Assembly: GCA_951406725.2 (NCBI GenBank)
Contig: OX597817.1
Coordinates: 108,748,001-108,812,000 of the forward strand
Length of the DNA stretch: 64,000 nt
DNA from: Octopus vulgaris
Lineage: Eukaryota
Direction of reading: 5' to 3'
Shown here one piece after another: positions 24,570 through 38,667 of this stretch. Under the pieces are notes generated by a model. That model made no database searches. It was not told the DNA's origin and worked only from the letters and a program-made list of their open reading frames with translations. Within the stretch, counting starts at the first letter, position 1; each line of letters begins with the position of its first letter. Made by a program: the position numbers and the translations under genes.

Positions 24570-25400
24570 GTGAAGGGAGAGAAGAATAGGGAAAGGGTGG
24601 GAGAGAAAAACAGAAAGGAACAAGAACAAGAGAGGCAGATAGATAAAAAGAATAGAGATGGAATAAGAGTGCGCATCGTAATTATTAAGATAAAACTTAC
24701 TTGGAAATGGATATACATGTATGTATGTATGTATATATGCATGTGTATGTGTGTGTGTCTGTACATATGTATATATACACACAGTATATTTCTATCGAAT
24801 ACATAGATATTACATCAATAGATACAGATGTATTCATATTGAATAAACTATATGAATGAAATACATAAATTTTGTGTTCGTAAATTTAGCATTATTGTGA
24901 GGTCTGAACATAGATATACCAACGACACAGTGGCAACTGACTTTTATGTAAGAGTTTGAATTGATTTGTAACAAATATACTATGTATTGCATATCTTCAT
25001 GCATTGCTCTCAAAATATTGCAACTTGAAATCGGAGAGTCCTTGGCTAACTAGTTTACATCATCTAGATGTAAACTAGATAGGACACTGATAGACTTCTC
25101 ATACCATGAGCTGCTCACGGCTGTGGGGTAAAATAGATATTTTGCAGTTTATGTTAGAGCATGTACAACTCAGTAAAAGAAGGGTGATGGCGGATTAACA
25201 ATTATCTTTTAAAACTAATTTGAAAGTGTATGAATTATAATGGAAATGTTTTGTTTTTAAGTCTGCATATTATTGGGTTCGGACAATTCTTAACTCATAT
25301 CATATTTACATCATCAATGAATTTAATTTACATTGTGTGAGGATTATCTTCGCATTGGTTTGAGAACCAGTGCTTCGTGTATATACACAATACATACATA

Positions 25401-26786
25401 CATACATTCATAAGTTAAGAAAATGGGAGAACTATAAACCAGACTAGTAACATCTCCATCTATGATTTGACTGTTTCCCCTATATCTGACGAGGAATGTT
25501 ACAGGTATCTAGAAGTGGATGAAAACATATTTTACAATGGCACGTGTACCAAAACTTGTGTCAGTAAAGAATATTACAGCCGAGTAAAGAAACTTTGAAC
25601 CTCAGAACTCTCTGCATTCAATAAAACAGTGACTCACAATATGTTTGCAGTGCCAGTACTCATACCAACATTTGGGCTGCTTCATTGGACGCTTGATGAG
25701 AACCGAGCTATTGATGTGAAAACCCGAAAAATACTAACTAGCACACATAATTTCCAGCCTCTAACTAAAACGACAAGTTGACAGAGACTTAACATTGACC
25801 CCAAGTGCCTTTGAATGTCGTATCATATCCTTTTGGCAACATCTTTTAACCGCCAAGTGTCGAAGTGCATCCCTAGACCAAGTTTGCATACTTGAGGTTG
25901 ATAACATCATAAGACTTGGAAGGCAGCTCTTTGAGTAACATTTCTACTCTGATAACCTAGAATACATGCCCAAAGAAGTCGTACGACTCTACCGCAACGT
26001 ATCATCAGATGAAAAGATTAGCCTATATAAGCCGAAGACTATGCATTGGATATGTTAGTAAAAAGCTCTGAGATGACAGTAACATTAATCTTCAAAGCAG
26101 TCTATCATGGACCAATAGTCGGATTACTAAATCCCATTTGAAGAGTATGCGTTTGCAATCCTGGAACAAGAAATATCAACCAAATATCTGATGTATAAAG
26201 GGGATAGAGAAGCAGGGAAAGCAGTAAAATGTGACAACCAATGCAGACTTTATAGAGTTAACCCCGAAGATATCGCCCACATCATATGTAGTTGTCTGAA
26301 AATGTCATCACGGTTTTATCTACCGATGAGACATGATGTGGTAGCAAGGACGCTCTGTAATGAAATCCGTCGGAACGATAACACAGAGGATAAAATAAAG
26401 AAGGGACCACAGGATGGTAGAAGCCATAGCCGCTAATAATAAAAATGGGTTACTGGTGGAATGTCCCAGTGAAGACCTCAGTAAAAGTCCCAAATACTTT
26501 GGGATAAGGATGAGAACTTGTGTACAGTTGTGGAAATTAGCTGCCCAGCGGGTGTTAACAAAAAACTGAAGGTCAGTGAAAACGAATATCTACACTGTAC
26601 TAATGAGAAATCTGCAAGTATCCAGATTACAAGTTCAGGTTTATACCTGTAATTATTGGGGCCCTGGGATGTGTAGCACACTGTCTAAATACCAATCTCG
26701 AGAAATTAGTCTTCTCAAAACCAGAAAGGAGAAAGCTAATTCGATGACTACAGATACAACCTATCAGTGGAACTGTAAAGAATCTG
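25401..26786 (+). mobile_element. Decayed R4/Dong-clade (RLE-type) non-LTR retrotransposon, RT end to endonuclease
   Basis: YRYLEVDENI...ELSAFNK...FAVPVLIPTFG..W..IDVKTRKILT; CRL...EDIAHIICSC...RHDVVA zinc motif; CTVVEISCP; IPVIIGALG; stops and frameshifts. Confidence 0.88.
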
Positions 26787-26932
26787 TATGTACGTATGTA
26801 TGAACGTATGTACGCATGTATGTATGTATGTATGTATGTATGTATGTATGTATGTATGTATGTATGTATGTATGTATGTATGTATGTATGTATGTATGTA
26901 TGTATGTATGTATGTATGTATGTATGTATGTA
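26787..26932. repeat. (TATG)n microsatellite
   Basis: Direct reading. Confidence 0.97.
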
Positions 26933-27644
26933 TTTATATATGTATTAAACTGAATGAAACGGATAAAGGGATGGATAATTCTATGTAATTTTGATGTGAA
27001 GAATGTTTTTGTTTAATCTCGACTGCATAGCAAAAAGTTAAACGTTCCAATTTTGTGATATTTTCATAAAAATGTGGCATTTACGACTTTTTAAAACGCA
27101 ACTCTAACTTCTTTATGAAATATGAAAAATATATCATTCATTCATTGTAACATTACTATTTTTACCTTTAAAATCAGAAGCTTGTTTCTGATTCGCGGCC
27201 AGTTTCACAAAACCTATCTCAGGCGTTTTACTATTTACATTTGAAAATCAAACACAACCCTAATATGGATTTCTTTCTTTAACGAGTCAAAATGTTAAGT
27301 ACCTACAAGCCCACAACTGGCAATTAACTTTGACTTGTTTTAATAATTGTGCTTTTATATGTTTTAAAAATCAATATGGAGACAGAAAAACATAAACAAA
27401 ACTTCAAAGGAGAGTATCTCGTAAATCCGTCAGCACAATTCAATTAATCAATGTTATGAGTAATAATAAAATTGTTTTTAGTATAATAGATACAAAGAAA
27501 TATGTAGTCTTAGCTTACTATTAAAAGAAAATAATGTCTGAAGTACAAATGTGAACAACACACACACAAAAAAAATGAACGCCCCAAAGGAAAGCAATAA
27601 AATTTACTTTATATATACATATACATATATGCATGTGTCTGTGA

Positions 27645-27694
<50 letters not shown>

Positions 27695-28242
27695 ACACAT
27701 GCACATATATATAAACATGCTCATACGCATGCAGAATTATATACAATGATAAAGTTTAATGTGTCAGACAGATTGTCTGAGAATTATGGTATGCATCTAT
27801 GTTACCTGCAATGCGTATATATGTAATACAATTTTCTGATTATGTATTATTAAATCAGCGTCATTGCGTTTCCGTTTCCGTTGCTTTGTGATTGAAGCAA
27901 AAAAAAAAAACAAAAAAAAAACAAAAAAAAACGACTGGAGTACTTATTCTGTCGCGGTTTCTGGTATCGAACCGCTTGGTTACAGGGACGGAATTAAACC
28001 AGCACGGGTTTTCAAGCGGTGTGAAGACAAAGGTAGACATGCACACACACAACACACACACACACACACACATACAAAATTCACGCACATACACTTATGT
28101 ATGTAAATATGTATAAGTGCAGGCGTGGGTGTGTTGTAAGAAGGTTGCTACCAAACCACATGATTGTCTTAACTTTCATACACACACATGCGCGCGTACA
28201 CACACTCATAAACACACATACATACATACGTACATACATTCA

Positions 28243-28958
28243 TTATCTACCGATGTGGCATAATGTTGTAGTTAGAACACTGTATAAGCAGATTCGTCGG
28301 AAGGATAACCCCGAGGACAAAGAAATAAGAACCCACAGCATGGTAGAAGCCATAGCCACACATAATAAAAAGAGTACTGATGGAATGTCCCAGTGAAAAT
28401 CTCAATAAAATGTAAACATAATAGACCTGACATAGTAATTTGGGATAGCGAAGAGAAGCTGTACAATTGTGAAAATCAGCAGATGGTAACATAAAGCAAA
28501 AGATCAGTGAAAACGAAAATACTTATGCTGAACTATTGAAAAATCTACAACTACTCTATCCGGATTACAAGTTCAGGCTTATACCTGTAATTATTGGGGC
28601 ACTGGGATATGCAAAACACTCCCTTAATACCAATCTTGAGAAATTAGGCTTCTGAAAACCAGAAAAGGAGAAAGCTGATTCGAAGACAACAAATCCATCA
28701 ATGAAACTGTAAAAATCTGTAAAAATTTCCAGAAGTTTATCAATTAAATATATATGTGCAGGCCTAGACATGCAAGTATATGCTTGAGAATACATACATA
28801 AAACAAAACATGCAAATCTGCACATACACATACATACATGCATACAAAGATGCCCTGTTGTTGATGTTGAAATTCCAATGAAGGAGCTTTGGATCTAGGC
28901 TAGAAAGCGGCTCTTTCTCTATTGGCAAGAAATCGTGAAATAAAACAGAATAATGACA
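28243..28958 (+). mobile_element. Second 5'-truncated R4/Dong-clade copy with 3' UTR
   Basis: YLPMWHNVV..., HNRPDIVIWD (PD motif), IPVIIGALG; homologous to 26316-26786. Confidence 0.88.
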
Positions 28959-29678
28959 TTTATATCTACATACATGCATGCATACATACATGCATGCATA
29001 TACACTTTCCATACACACATCCACACACATACCCACACGCATATACGTATATTTTACCTATATACATTACACCCATACATATACACGCATTTATGGGTGA
29101 CTGTACATATACAAATATATGTATGCGTGTTTACACGCACAGAGGTACACAGTTGCACATGCATACACACATATACAAACACGCGCTCGCGCACTTCAAA
29201 CAAACACACACAGATAAACACACAAGCACACATACACACACGCTCAAATATATTTACAGACGTTTGTTACTATAGGAAATATGGCTTGATATTCAACTTA
29301 CGTCGAACTCGAGTAATGCATTGTATAAAATGGAATAAATACAAATTCAGACCATATTGTGGTAGCAGAAGCTATATATTATTGAAATAACCACAGAAAA
29401 CAACTTATTGATATTTTAAATGTTTCAATACACGTCTTCCAATAATCTTTCCCTGAGCATTATCGTTGGTTTCTGTGAGAAACATAAACGCTGGAAACAT
29501 GAAATAATGAAACATTCGAAATGTCAATAACCTCTCTGCGCTTATTTCAACCATAATACACACACACACACACACAAACATATATAATACATACATAACA
29601 CTTACATATATGTATATCCATAATACATGCACAAACACACACACATATATGTACGGTGTGTGTATGTATGAGCTATGT

Positions 29679-29768
<90 letters not shown>

Positions 29769-29811
29769 ATATATATACATATACATATACATAGATGTAT
29801 AAAGATATATG

Positions 29812-29844
<33 letters not shown>

Positions 29845-29848
<4 letters not shown>

Positions 29849-30010
29849 AAATAAGTCAGGATAGAAAAATGCTAAAATAATCTTATAAACAACATTTCAG
29901 TACCGGTTTCAGTCATTGAGGCCATTTCAACTGTAACAATTAAATAATTAAATTTAGAAAAAATTAAAAGAAAAGTTTTTTAAAAAGAATATTTGTATAG
30001 TGTTCAAATA

Positions 30011-30041
<31 letters not shown>

Positions 30042-30743
30042 AAGAAGAAGAAGAAGAAGAAGAAGAAGAAGAAGAAGAAGAAGAAGAAGAAGAAGAAGAA
30101 GAAGAAGGAAGAAGGAGGAGGAGGAGGAGGAGGAGGTGGAGAAGGGGAGGAAGAAGACGAAGAGTTTGGGAGTGCCTTGATTGTAGTATTTTGAATGGTC
30201 AGTGGAGGCTAGCAGTTGCTGTTCAATTCATGAAAATAAATATATTGCATTTTTTTTATAGAATTTGCGTAGGTGTACTTAAAATGCGTGTACTTAAAAA
30301 GCATTGGTACTTAAAAAGCATTGGTGATAAAGTTAGGAAGAAGAAGAAGAAGAAGAAGAAGAAGAAGAAGAAGAAGAAGAAGAAGAAGAAGAAGAAGAAG
30401 AAGAAGAAGAAGAAGAATGGAGAATATGAATGAGTGAAAGTAGTGAGGTGTTGGATAGTGATTGGGGCTGACTTTTAATGGATTCTTAGGAATGTAATAT
30501 TTGCGTGTGTATTTGTGTTATGCTAAGGCCGAGATGGATATATCGTTTGTCGTAGACGCGTTCAGAAGGGATCTGTATTTTGTAATAAAGAGAGTTTCTT
30601 TACTAATTCGTTGGCTTCAGGTTGCATCGTCCCTGAATTGGTAGAGGGGGAAAACCTGAAGCTTGGAGTTTTGTTGTTGGTGTAAATATCTGTGTTGGCT
30701 GAATGCTATTTTTCTATTTTGGGGAATTTTTATCTGGGATCTG

Positions 30744-30745
<2 letters not shown>
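29845..30745 (-). mobile_element. 5'-truncated Penelope-like element in (TA)n, with internal (AAG)n expansions
   Basis: RSQIKIPQNRKIAFSQH...VFPLYQ..T*SQRISKETLFITKYRSLLN (about 30520-30745) is homologous to the 23954-24217 GIY-YIG tail. Confidence 0.8.
29898..29933 (-). ncRNA. Hammerhead motif, U3-A8 variant (decayed)
   Basis: Minus strand: cag TTGAAAT ggcc tcaat gact GAAA ccgg TA ctg. Confidence 0.6.
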
Positions 30746-30838
<93 letters not shown>

Positions 30839-30954
30839 CATTATTAAATCTCAGAATGAGATTGAAACAGTAATCGCTCGATAATGTAAAGAAACCATCT
30901 TAACATCTTAACACCCCCTCCCCTATGTGGTTAGCCATGTTAAGATGGCTTCTA

Positions 30955-30995
<41 letters not shown>

Positions 30996-31775
30996 TATAT
31001 ATATCTATATGTGATTCTGTGCATACATACATGCATACATATATGTATATACATCTATATATATCTATATGTGTTTCTGTGCGTGTGTGTGTATATATAT
31101 ATATGTAAGAATATGCAGATGATATCAGAATGCGTGATAAACTATTTTAAGTAATATATCATGTATCAGATCATCAGTCACTCATTAATTAAGAACTCAA
31201 TGACAAGACGGGGTTATTGCACGCGATCTTTAGCCAAGTGTTCAGGAATCATAAAAATGATCACTCCAACCTAAAGAAACAAATTCTATCTTCAATGTGT
31301 TGTTACTGTTTATTTTACAAAGAAGAGAATTATATGTAGCCATAATTATTATTTAAACTAGTTCAAATCAGTCATTGAAAGGCAAGTTACTTGTGCAAAT
31401 ATTCTAGTTGTACCAATAACATTACACAAACAGTTACTCCTACGAAACACTCTATACGCATTCATAGCGCAGTGGTTCCATTATCGTATTAGCTGTATTT
31501 ATATGTATGTCATTTTAAACTTCATTTCATCACTGCTTTCATTATTGAACGATTATTCTACATAAATCCCCTAACAAAATACAAAGCAACAACTCCTACG
31601 CAAGAAATCAATAACTAATATCTATTATATACACCTCAACCGTCAACATACAAAAATGACACATTAAATGCATTAAAACGTCTCAATTAATGACATTCTG
31701 CCAAGCTTCAGACTCCTTTTAAAATAAGGAAACACGCACACAAACACTCCACATACCCACATGCGTGCACACACA

Positions 31776-31821
<46 letters not shown>

Positions 31822-32151
31822 CGGAAAGAAGAAAAACATTAGCAAGACAAAATTATATAAGTAACTAGCATATCATGATTCTTGGTTTGGACATTTTGAA
31901 AATAGTTCCGAATAAAAGTTTTTTAAATCGATGATATAGACTTAAGAACACAAATATATAAAGTTCCAATCGAAACGAAATATATACAAAAATAAGAAAG
32001 TGATATGAGAAATATTATAAAAAGTATAAAAAGCGGAAGAGTGCGTGCATTTTTTTTTCTTGCTCATTGATAATGTATTTACTGACTAAAAACGCACGTT
32101 CGCCTACAGACAGAAATCGAAAAACAAAAACAAAACAAAAGAAGAGAATGA

Positions 32152-32467
32152 AACTGGCACTTCATGAGTTATGATGCACTTGAACCGATCAGTGGAACAG
32201 CCTACTCGTGAAAGTAACGTGCCAATGGCTGAGCATTCCGCAGACACGTGTACTCTTAACGTAGTTCTCAGGAAGATTCAGCCTGATACAGAGTTTGACA
32301 AGGGTGATCCTTTGAAATACAGCTGATTCTCATTTTTGCTAGTTCAGTAGTCAGGAGCATCTTGAAATAAATTGTCTTACTCTTGGACACAACGAGTCGC
32401 CAGGAATTGAACTCACGACCTTACAACCGTAAGCGGAACACCCTGACTATTAAGCCACGCGCCTTCA
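32152..32467 (-). mobile_element. SINE family D
   Basis: Minus strand tgaaggcgcgtggcttaa...gagttcaattcc head; homologous to 46375-46697. Confidence 0.8.
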
Positions 32468-32744
32468 CTATACAAACACAAATATATGATAGGTGAAGAA
32501 ATAAGCAGAAATATGATAGGTGAAGAAATAAGATATGTTTTTATATTTGTGAATCATTGTTCCTTCACGTACACACGTGGGCGCGTAAACATACATTTTA
32601 ATCTGTTATATGACTGCCAAGACACATATCACCACGATATCACACATTTCAAATTGGTATCTTCATTTCCACGTATTGTTTTTAATAATGCTATCGCCTT
32701 TTAGTCAAGTTCAGTAAAGTTTATTTACCCGATATTTTTATGAA

Positions 32745-33055
32745 CATGTGCGTGTGCATTCGTGTGTGTGTGTGTGTGTGTGCGTGCGCGTGTGTGTGTA
32801 CGTTAGTGCATGATGTGTGCATGTCTGAGTGTGTATATTTGTGTGTGTGTGTGCGTGTCCGTGTATATGTGCTTATATATATGTGTGTGTGCGTATGTGT
32901 GTCTGTGTGAGTGTGCGTGTGTTGTGTGCATGTGTGCATGTGTGAATGATGCGTGCGTATTTGAGTACGTCATCCCTGTGTGTATGTGCGCGTGTATGTG
33001 CGTGTGTATGTGTGCGTGTGTGCATGACGTGTGTGTGTCTGAGTATGTGTGGTTA

Positions 33056-33091
<36 letters not shown>

Positions 33092-33195
33092 TTTGTGTGT
33101 AAGATTGTGCGCGTGCCGGTGTTTTGTACGTGTGAGTGACGTCTGCGTGTCCGAGTATGTGTGTGTGTGTGTATGTGTGCGTCTGCGGGCGTGTG

Positions 33196-33231
<36 letters not shown>

Positions 33232-33250
33232 TGTGTGTGTATGCAGACAC
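32745..33250. repeat. Long degenerate (TG)n tract
   Basis: Direct reading. Confidence 0.9.
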
Positions 33251-33381
33251 GCTCGCGCTGATGTAGTTGTGTTTGAAGTGCTCTGTAGAAAAAAATGGAA
33301 CGACCAAAGATAAAAATAGTATAAATAAATACAAAATTGTAAAGTAGCGAAACACATTGAATATCTGTAAACATTATGTCG

Positions 33382-33395
33382 GTCGCTATGGCAAC
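33382..33395. promoter_or_regulatory. Candidate RFX X-box
   Basis: GTCGCTATGGCAAC fits the 14-bp X-box consensus; lies in non-repetitive sequence. Confidence 0.35.
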
Positions 33396-34324
33396 AGATT
33401 ACATTGAAAGTAATTATTTCTCATAATTTTTAATATATTACTTTTCTATATTAGTTTTCGTTCACCATTTTGATTCCAGCAGGCAATGCACACACCAATG
33501 ACGTATTTGAAAAATGAATATAGAATAATTGTTTTGACGAATCTGCTGATGTTATTCCAATAAGGTGCTCCAGAATACCACTTTTCTGTTGATATTTTTT
33601 TTCTGTTAATCTAAATTCACACATCAGTTGCAAATAATACATCATTATGGTTTTGTTGTTTTTAATTTTTATAATAATTTTATAAAGATGAAATCTAGTT
33701 AACGAAATTAGGTCATTTCTAAACAAATTAAATTCTTGATTGTATACATTATTGAATTAGATGCTGCAGCCTCTTTCCCACCCATACTCTTTTGTATATG
33801 GCATCACAGTTCACTCATCATTAATCTTCAGCAAGCACATGCCAACCACGTGTAATGTACACACCTAGCGTGAACCGCTTTCATGAGCAAAACACTCATT
33901 GTTGACTCGCACACATAAAAACTTCAAATACGCTATTCATTCAAGTCATCAGAATCTGTAAAGGTCTGTCAGTGCAACTTCGTGATCCTTGTCGGACACA
34001 GAAAACACATTTTGTTAAGCTTACTTTTTAGTGACACACACAGCTTGACTATCTAAAATCGTATCCATTCACCTGCTTCGTGCACATGTCTTACATTTTC
34101 TTTCTTTTTAATTGCAAGAAAGCTGCATAGACGCTCGGTCGGTCTTACACGAATTACACTCTGCTATTTATTATACACCAAACTGTTTCCGGACTCTTTA
34201 ACTCGGTAGTTAACACGTTTTTTACAATCTGTATTTCCCAATACGTCGCATTAAGGAATGTTTTCTCTGTCCACCGTCTTTCTAATGTACATAACCCGCG
34301 GAGATTCAAGCTATATCAATACTA

Positions 34325-34378
<54 letters not shown>

Positions 34379-35889
34379 ATGTGTGTGCGTGAATATGTAT
34401 GTAGGTAAGTTTCAAGTTATTTATGTGTGTTTATATTTCATATTATTTCTACAAGTAATATAACAAAAATCGTCATATAATTTAACTGAGATATTGATGA
34501 AGCAGAATTAATAATAAAAGAACTAGCACAGGCATAGCTCACCGGTTAAGATGCTCACTTCCTAATTATGTGCTTCCTGGATCGATCGATCTACTGTGGG
34601 GCATGTTGGATGAGTGTTTTCAACGGTAATCTCGGCTTGACCAATGGTTTGTGAATGAAATTTGGTATAAGGGCTCTGCGGAAGGCCATCGTATATATGC
34701 ATATGCCTGTGCATCTATGTCTGTGTTTGTGTTCACGTTTACCAATGTAAATGGTATCGTGTTTTATTCCTTAAAGTACAAAAAATAACGCAGCTTAGCT
34801 ATGTAATAAATAAATTTCAATAAAATAGCTGACCGATAAAAATACCGAGAAAAATACGATCGTTTAAAAGATTTGTAGGCGTTGTCCAGGCGTGGTTGTA
34901 GTCCAATTTCTGACACCAATAAACGAGCAACATAATAATGACATCTATGAATAGTTACTAACATCCTACATTAAAAATGTATATGAAAAAATTAAGTCTA
35001 CGTGCGTTTTTATGTAGATAGATGTTCATAATTTTGGACAATAGGTTTTGCATTCCCGTAGGAGAGCAAAATGAAAATAACATACTGCAACGTTGTTATT
35101 TGGACGAGACTCCAATACGAAAGTTTAGTAACAAGCCAAAATAACAACTGTGCCAGATTAAAGAAGATCAATTAAGAGAGTTGTTTAGCTGTCCTCTCCG
35201 TACAAAATGCCTTTTGCTATAATGACATCATTCAACCTTATACTTATCTTATACAGACGGCAGTTTCGACTTTTAACTATAACAATCCAGCTACCAATTA
35301 TTAGTAAAATTGCCCTTGGGAATACTGTTAACGAATACAAACCTTGATCGATAAATTAAGAGGTGGGTTAAGTGTTTCGTAGTATGAATAGTTGGAGTCG
35401 ATTAACAAGGTAATAAGCCATTATTTTTGTAATTTTTCAGTCATCGATCGAAACTGCCAGACAGAACAGTCTAAAGTATCTTACGTAGCATTAACATTAT
35501 ACTGTTTATCTAGTTAAGTCTACAGTTGTTTAACACATAAAGTATTCTAAAATAAAGTAGACTTTGTAAAGAAACTAAACGAATTAATAAAACGTTATAA
35601 TTTAGGAAACCAATTAAAAGGTCGTTAATCTATTGATAAAGTACAATTAAATTTTCTTTTTGCTTTGCGACTCGGGAGGGTCGTTATGCCAATAGTAAGC
35701 ACACATTGATTTTATTTCATTTCTTTTATTATTTCATATACGCTCAACAGATTAGACTGTTGGAAAAGAAAAAAAAAATTCCTAGAACTTAGATGCCAAG
35801 AACCCTCCTCAGTATCCTAGTTGTTCCTAATAACACCGTACTAAACTGGGTTTTATGCATGTTTCCTCTATCCATCTGTTGAAATCTTT

Positions 35890-35954
35890 AATCATCATCA
35901 TCATTACCATCATCATCATCATCATCATCATTATTATTGTTATTGTTGTTGTTG

Positions 35955-36046
<92 letters not shown>
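35890..36046. repeat. (ATC)n(GTT)n(ATT)n microsatellite
   Basis: Direct reading. Confidence 0.97.
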
Positions 36047-36048
<2 letters not shown>

Positions 36049-36279
36049 ATTCTTTAACATATACTCAATTAACCATTCGATTTCTTAATTAATCGTTTGA
36101 TCAATCAATCAACCAGCTAGATTTGTCAAACTCCTTTCGACACCATCGCGACTTCATCAATGAAAACTTCTATCTACTGTAGGCCACTGTAGGATTGTCT
36201 GCTACAATTACAATATTCTTGAATATTAAAATTTATGCTGTCGCGGAAGATGATCATAAGAAAAAAAAAGGAATTATTA

Positions 36280-36511
36280 TATTTCTTTATTGCCCACAGA
36301 GGGCTAAACATAGAGGGGACAAACAAAGACAGACAAACGGATTAAGTCGATTACATCGACTCCAGTGCGTAACTGGTACTTATTTAATCGACCCCGAAAG
36401 GATGAAAGGCAAAGTCGACCTCGGCGTAATTTGAACTCAGATCGTAACGGCAGGCGAAATACCGCTAAGCATTTCGCCCGGCGTGCTAACGATTCTGCCA
36501 GCTGGCCGCCC
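36280..36511 (-). mobile_element. Full-length SINE family B with TSD
   Basis: TSD aggaattatta at 36269-36279 and 36513-36523. Confidence 0.93.
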
Positions 36512-37001
36512 TAGGAATTATTAGAGTGTAAACTTTGGATTACAAAGTCATAACGGGAAAATTCCATATGAGTTGTCTTTTGGGGGTCTCTGTGAATTCT
36601 GTTTTAGTTCGATTTGAAATGAATATAATGACTAAATTAACATCGAAATAAGGATAAAATTTGGATCTGAATGAATTACTTATTTTCGAATATAAATATG
36701 TTCCAGACATATTTTGTTTAAACTGGAGCCTTATTTCCTGATTCCAACATAAAAGTCTTCTCTTCTGTTCATTGATCCATCTTGTCATAGTCTAAATCAA
36801 ATTATATTTGGATAAGATTTGAATTGATTTTATATTGTGCAAGCAATTCTAAACACAAGACAATAGTTAAATGTGAACAAAGGGTTGAAGATAAAATGAG
36901 TAAACAGGATAACCATTATTGAGTAAATCTTCAACGTATAGAAATCAGTAGCTGAGCAAACCAAAGCAGAGGTGAACATAAACATGAATAAATTTTATAT
37001 A

Positions 37002-38282
37002 GGCGCCGGAATGGCTGTGTGGTAAGTAGCTTGAGTTCCTGAACCTGGTTATGCCAGATTTTTTGAAAATGGCTGGGTGCAGGTACTCGGTGATTCTTGA
37101 GGGTCGCCCCACCCCAGGTGTCATCGGTGCCTGGAGCCTGGCCATATAAAGAAGAACTGTCCACGGGAGCAAGGCGGAATCTTGGAGCGGTCAATTGAGA
37201 CCTCTGTAAAAGAGGGAACGAAGGCGGCTGAGGAGACGGAGGACTCCTCAGGGAAGGGCCGCAAGAGAAAGAAGGTGAGCAACAATGGGTGCTCACCGAA
37301 GGATCCTGGGGATGAGGGAGGGGATGTGAATCTCCCGGTCACGGGGGAGATGCACTCTCCCTCAGCTGAGAGGAACGAAAGAGGAAAAGGGAGAGAAACG
37401 GGACATTACCGGAAGTCGGTGACATAGCACCAGAATGTCCCGGAACCTTGCCGGTAGGGGTTGTGCTACCGGCAGAGGAAGAGACACCGTTGGGGGGAAC
37501 TGTGCCGCCATCGGTAAAATTGACTACCTCGAACCCGGAGGAAGAGGAACTATTGGTCTTCTTCTACAGAGGCGGAGAGGTAGAAAAGGTGGTGTAAAAG
37601 CACCATAACAGAGTACATTTAACCTTCACACAGGATCCCGAATGGCCTCCGCAGATAGCTGTGGAGGTCGTATCGATGTCTGTGGAGTTTAGGCTGCAGG
37701 AACTCAACGAGGAATATCGCTTGTGGCCGGGCGACGCTGGCTCGGATCCCACCTTGGTCTTGAATGAGGAGTAGGGATGGTGGAGTATACGGGCACAAGC
37801 AATGACGTAGAGGAATAATGACAAGAGGTTGAAAAGCCTCACTGTTACAATTTTTAATGTTTATTGCATGTTATTGTGTTTAAGAGGCATAACGCCCCAA
37901 TTCTTAAATGGACTATTAGTCCAAAAATTTGTAAAACCGAAGTAAGAGGTTCATTACCTTGTTTTGTCATTTTCTGTGGAAAAAAAGAAGATAATAATGT
38001 TTTAGAGAAGCAGAAAATCGGCGGCCGTTTTTTGTCTTCTCCCATTTATATCATCCTTTTCATCATTCACTTCATCAATGTTTTTGTCTAACCCGCAAGC
38101 TACTCTGTATCGTGCCTTTATGGCAAAATTTTTGAAATAAAGTAGCTTGATTTCCTGGTTCAGTCCCACTGTGTGAGACCTTGGGCATGTGTCTTCTACT
38201 AAAGCCACGGGCCGAGTGGATTTGGTAAATAGAAACTGAAATAAGCCTGTCATATATATATATACATATATATATATATATG

Positions 38283-38347
<65 letters not shown>

Positions 38348-38575
38348 ATCCCTCACCATCGCTTGACAACCGATGCGTATGTGTGTGTGTGTTTGTCCCC
38401 ACCATCCCTTGATAACCGATGCTGGTGTACTTACGTCCCTGTAACTTAGTGGTTCGGCAAAAGCGAACGATAGAATATATACTAGGCTTACAAAGAATAA
38501 GTCCTGGGGTCGATTTGTTCGACTAAAGGCGCTGCTCCAGCATGGCCGCAGTCAAATGACTGAAACAAATAAAAA
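37002..38575 (+). mobile_element. SINE family A split by a nested insertion (head 37002-37034, remainder 38140-38575)
   Basis: The head stops at aagtagcttga and resumes after the same 11-mer. Confidence 0.85.
37035..38139 (+). mobile_element. 5'-truncated retro-insertion encoding only a decayed gag-like/L1-Tx1-type ORF1 with a CCHC zinc knuckle
   Basis: SVILEGRP/RCHRCLEPGHIKKNCP (CX2CX4HX4C at 37119-37160); GC-rich; ends in aataaa; 11-bp TSD. Confidence 0.75.
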
Positions 38576-38667
38576 CAAATAGCAACAAGTGAAACTTAAA
38601 ACTGTTACAACTAACTTTAAATCAAAAACAAATTAGTAACAAAAAAGAAAACATATTTAAAGATATA

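Noticed and set aside
25486-25492. CTGACGA hammerhead-like heptamer
   Set aside because: It lies inside R4 coding sequence with no supporting stems
30617-30619. In-frame TGA in a GIY-YIG fragment as possible selenocysteine
   Set aside because: It aligns to a non-Cys position in the 23954-24217 homologue, and no SECIS was recognised; ordinary decay
36540-36788. 82-aa minus-strand ORF in unique sequence
   Set aside because: No recognisable motif or consistent splice donor
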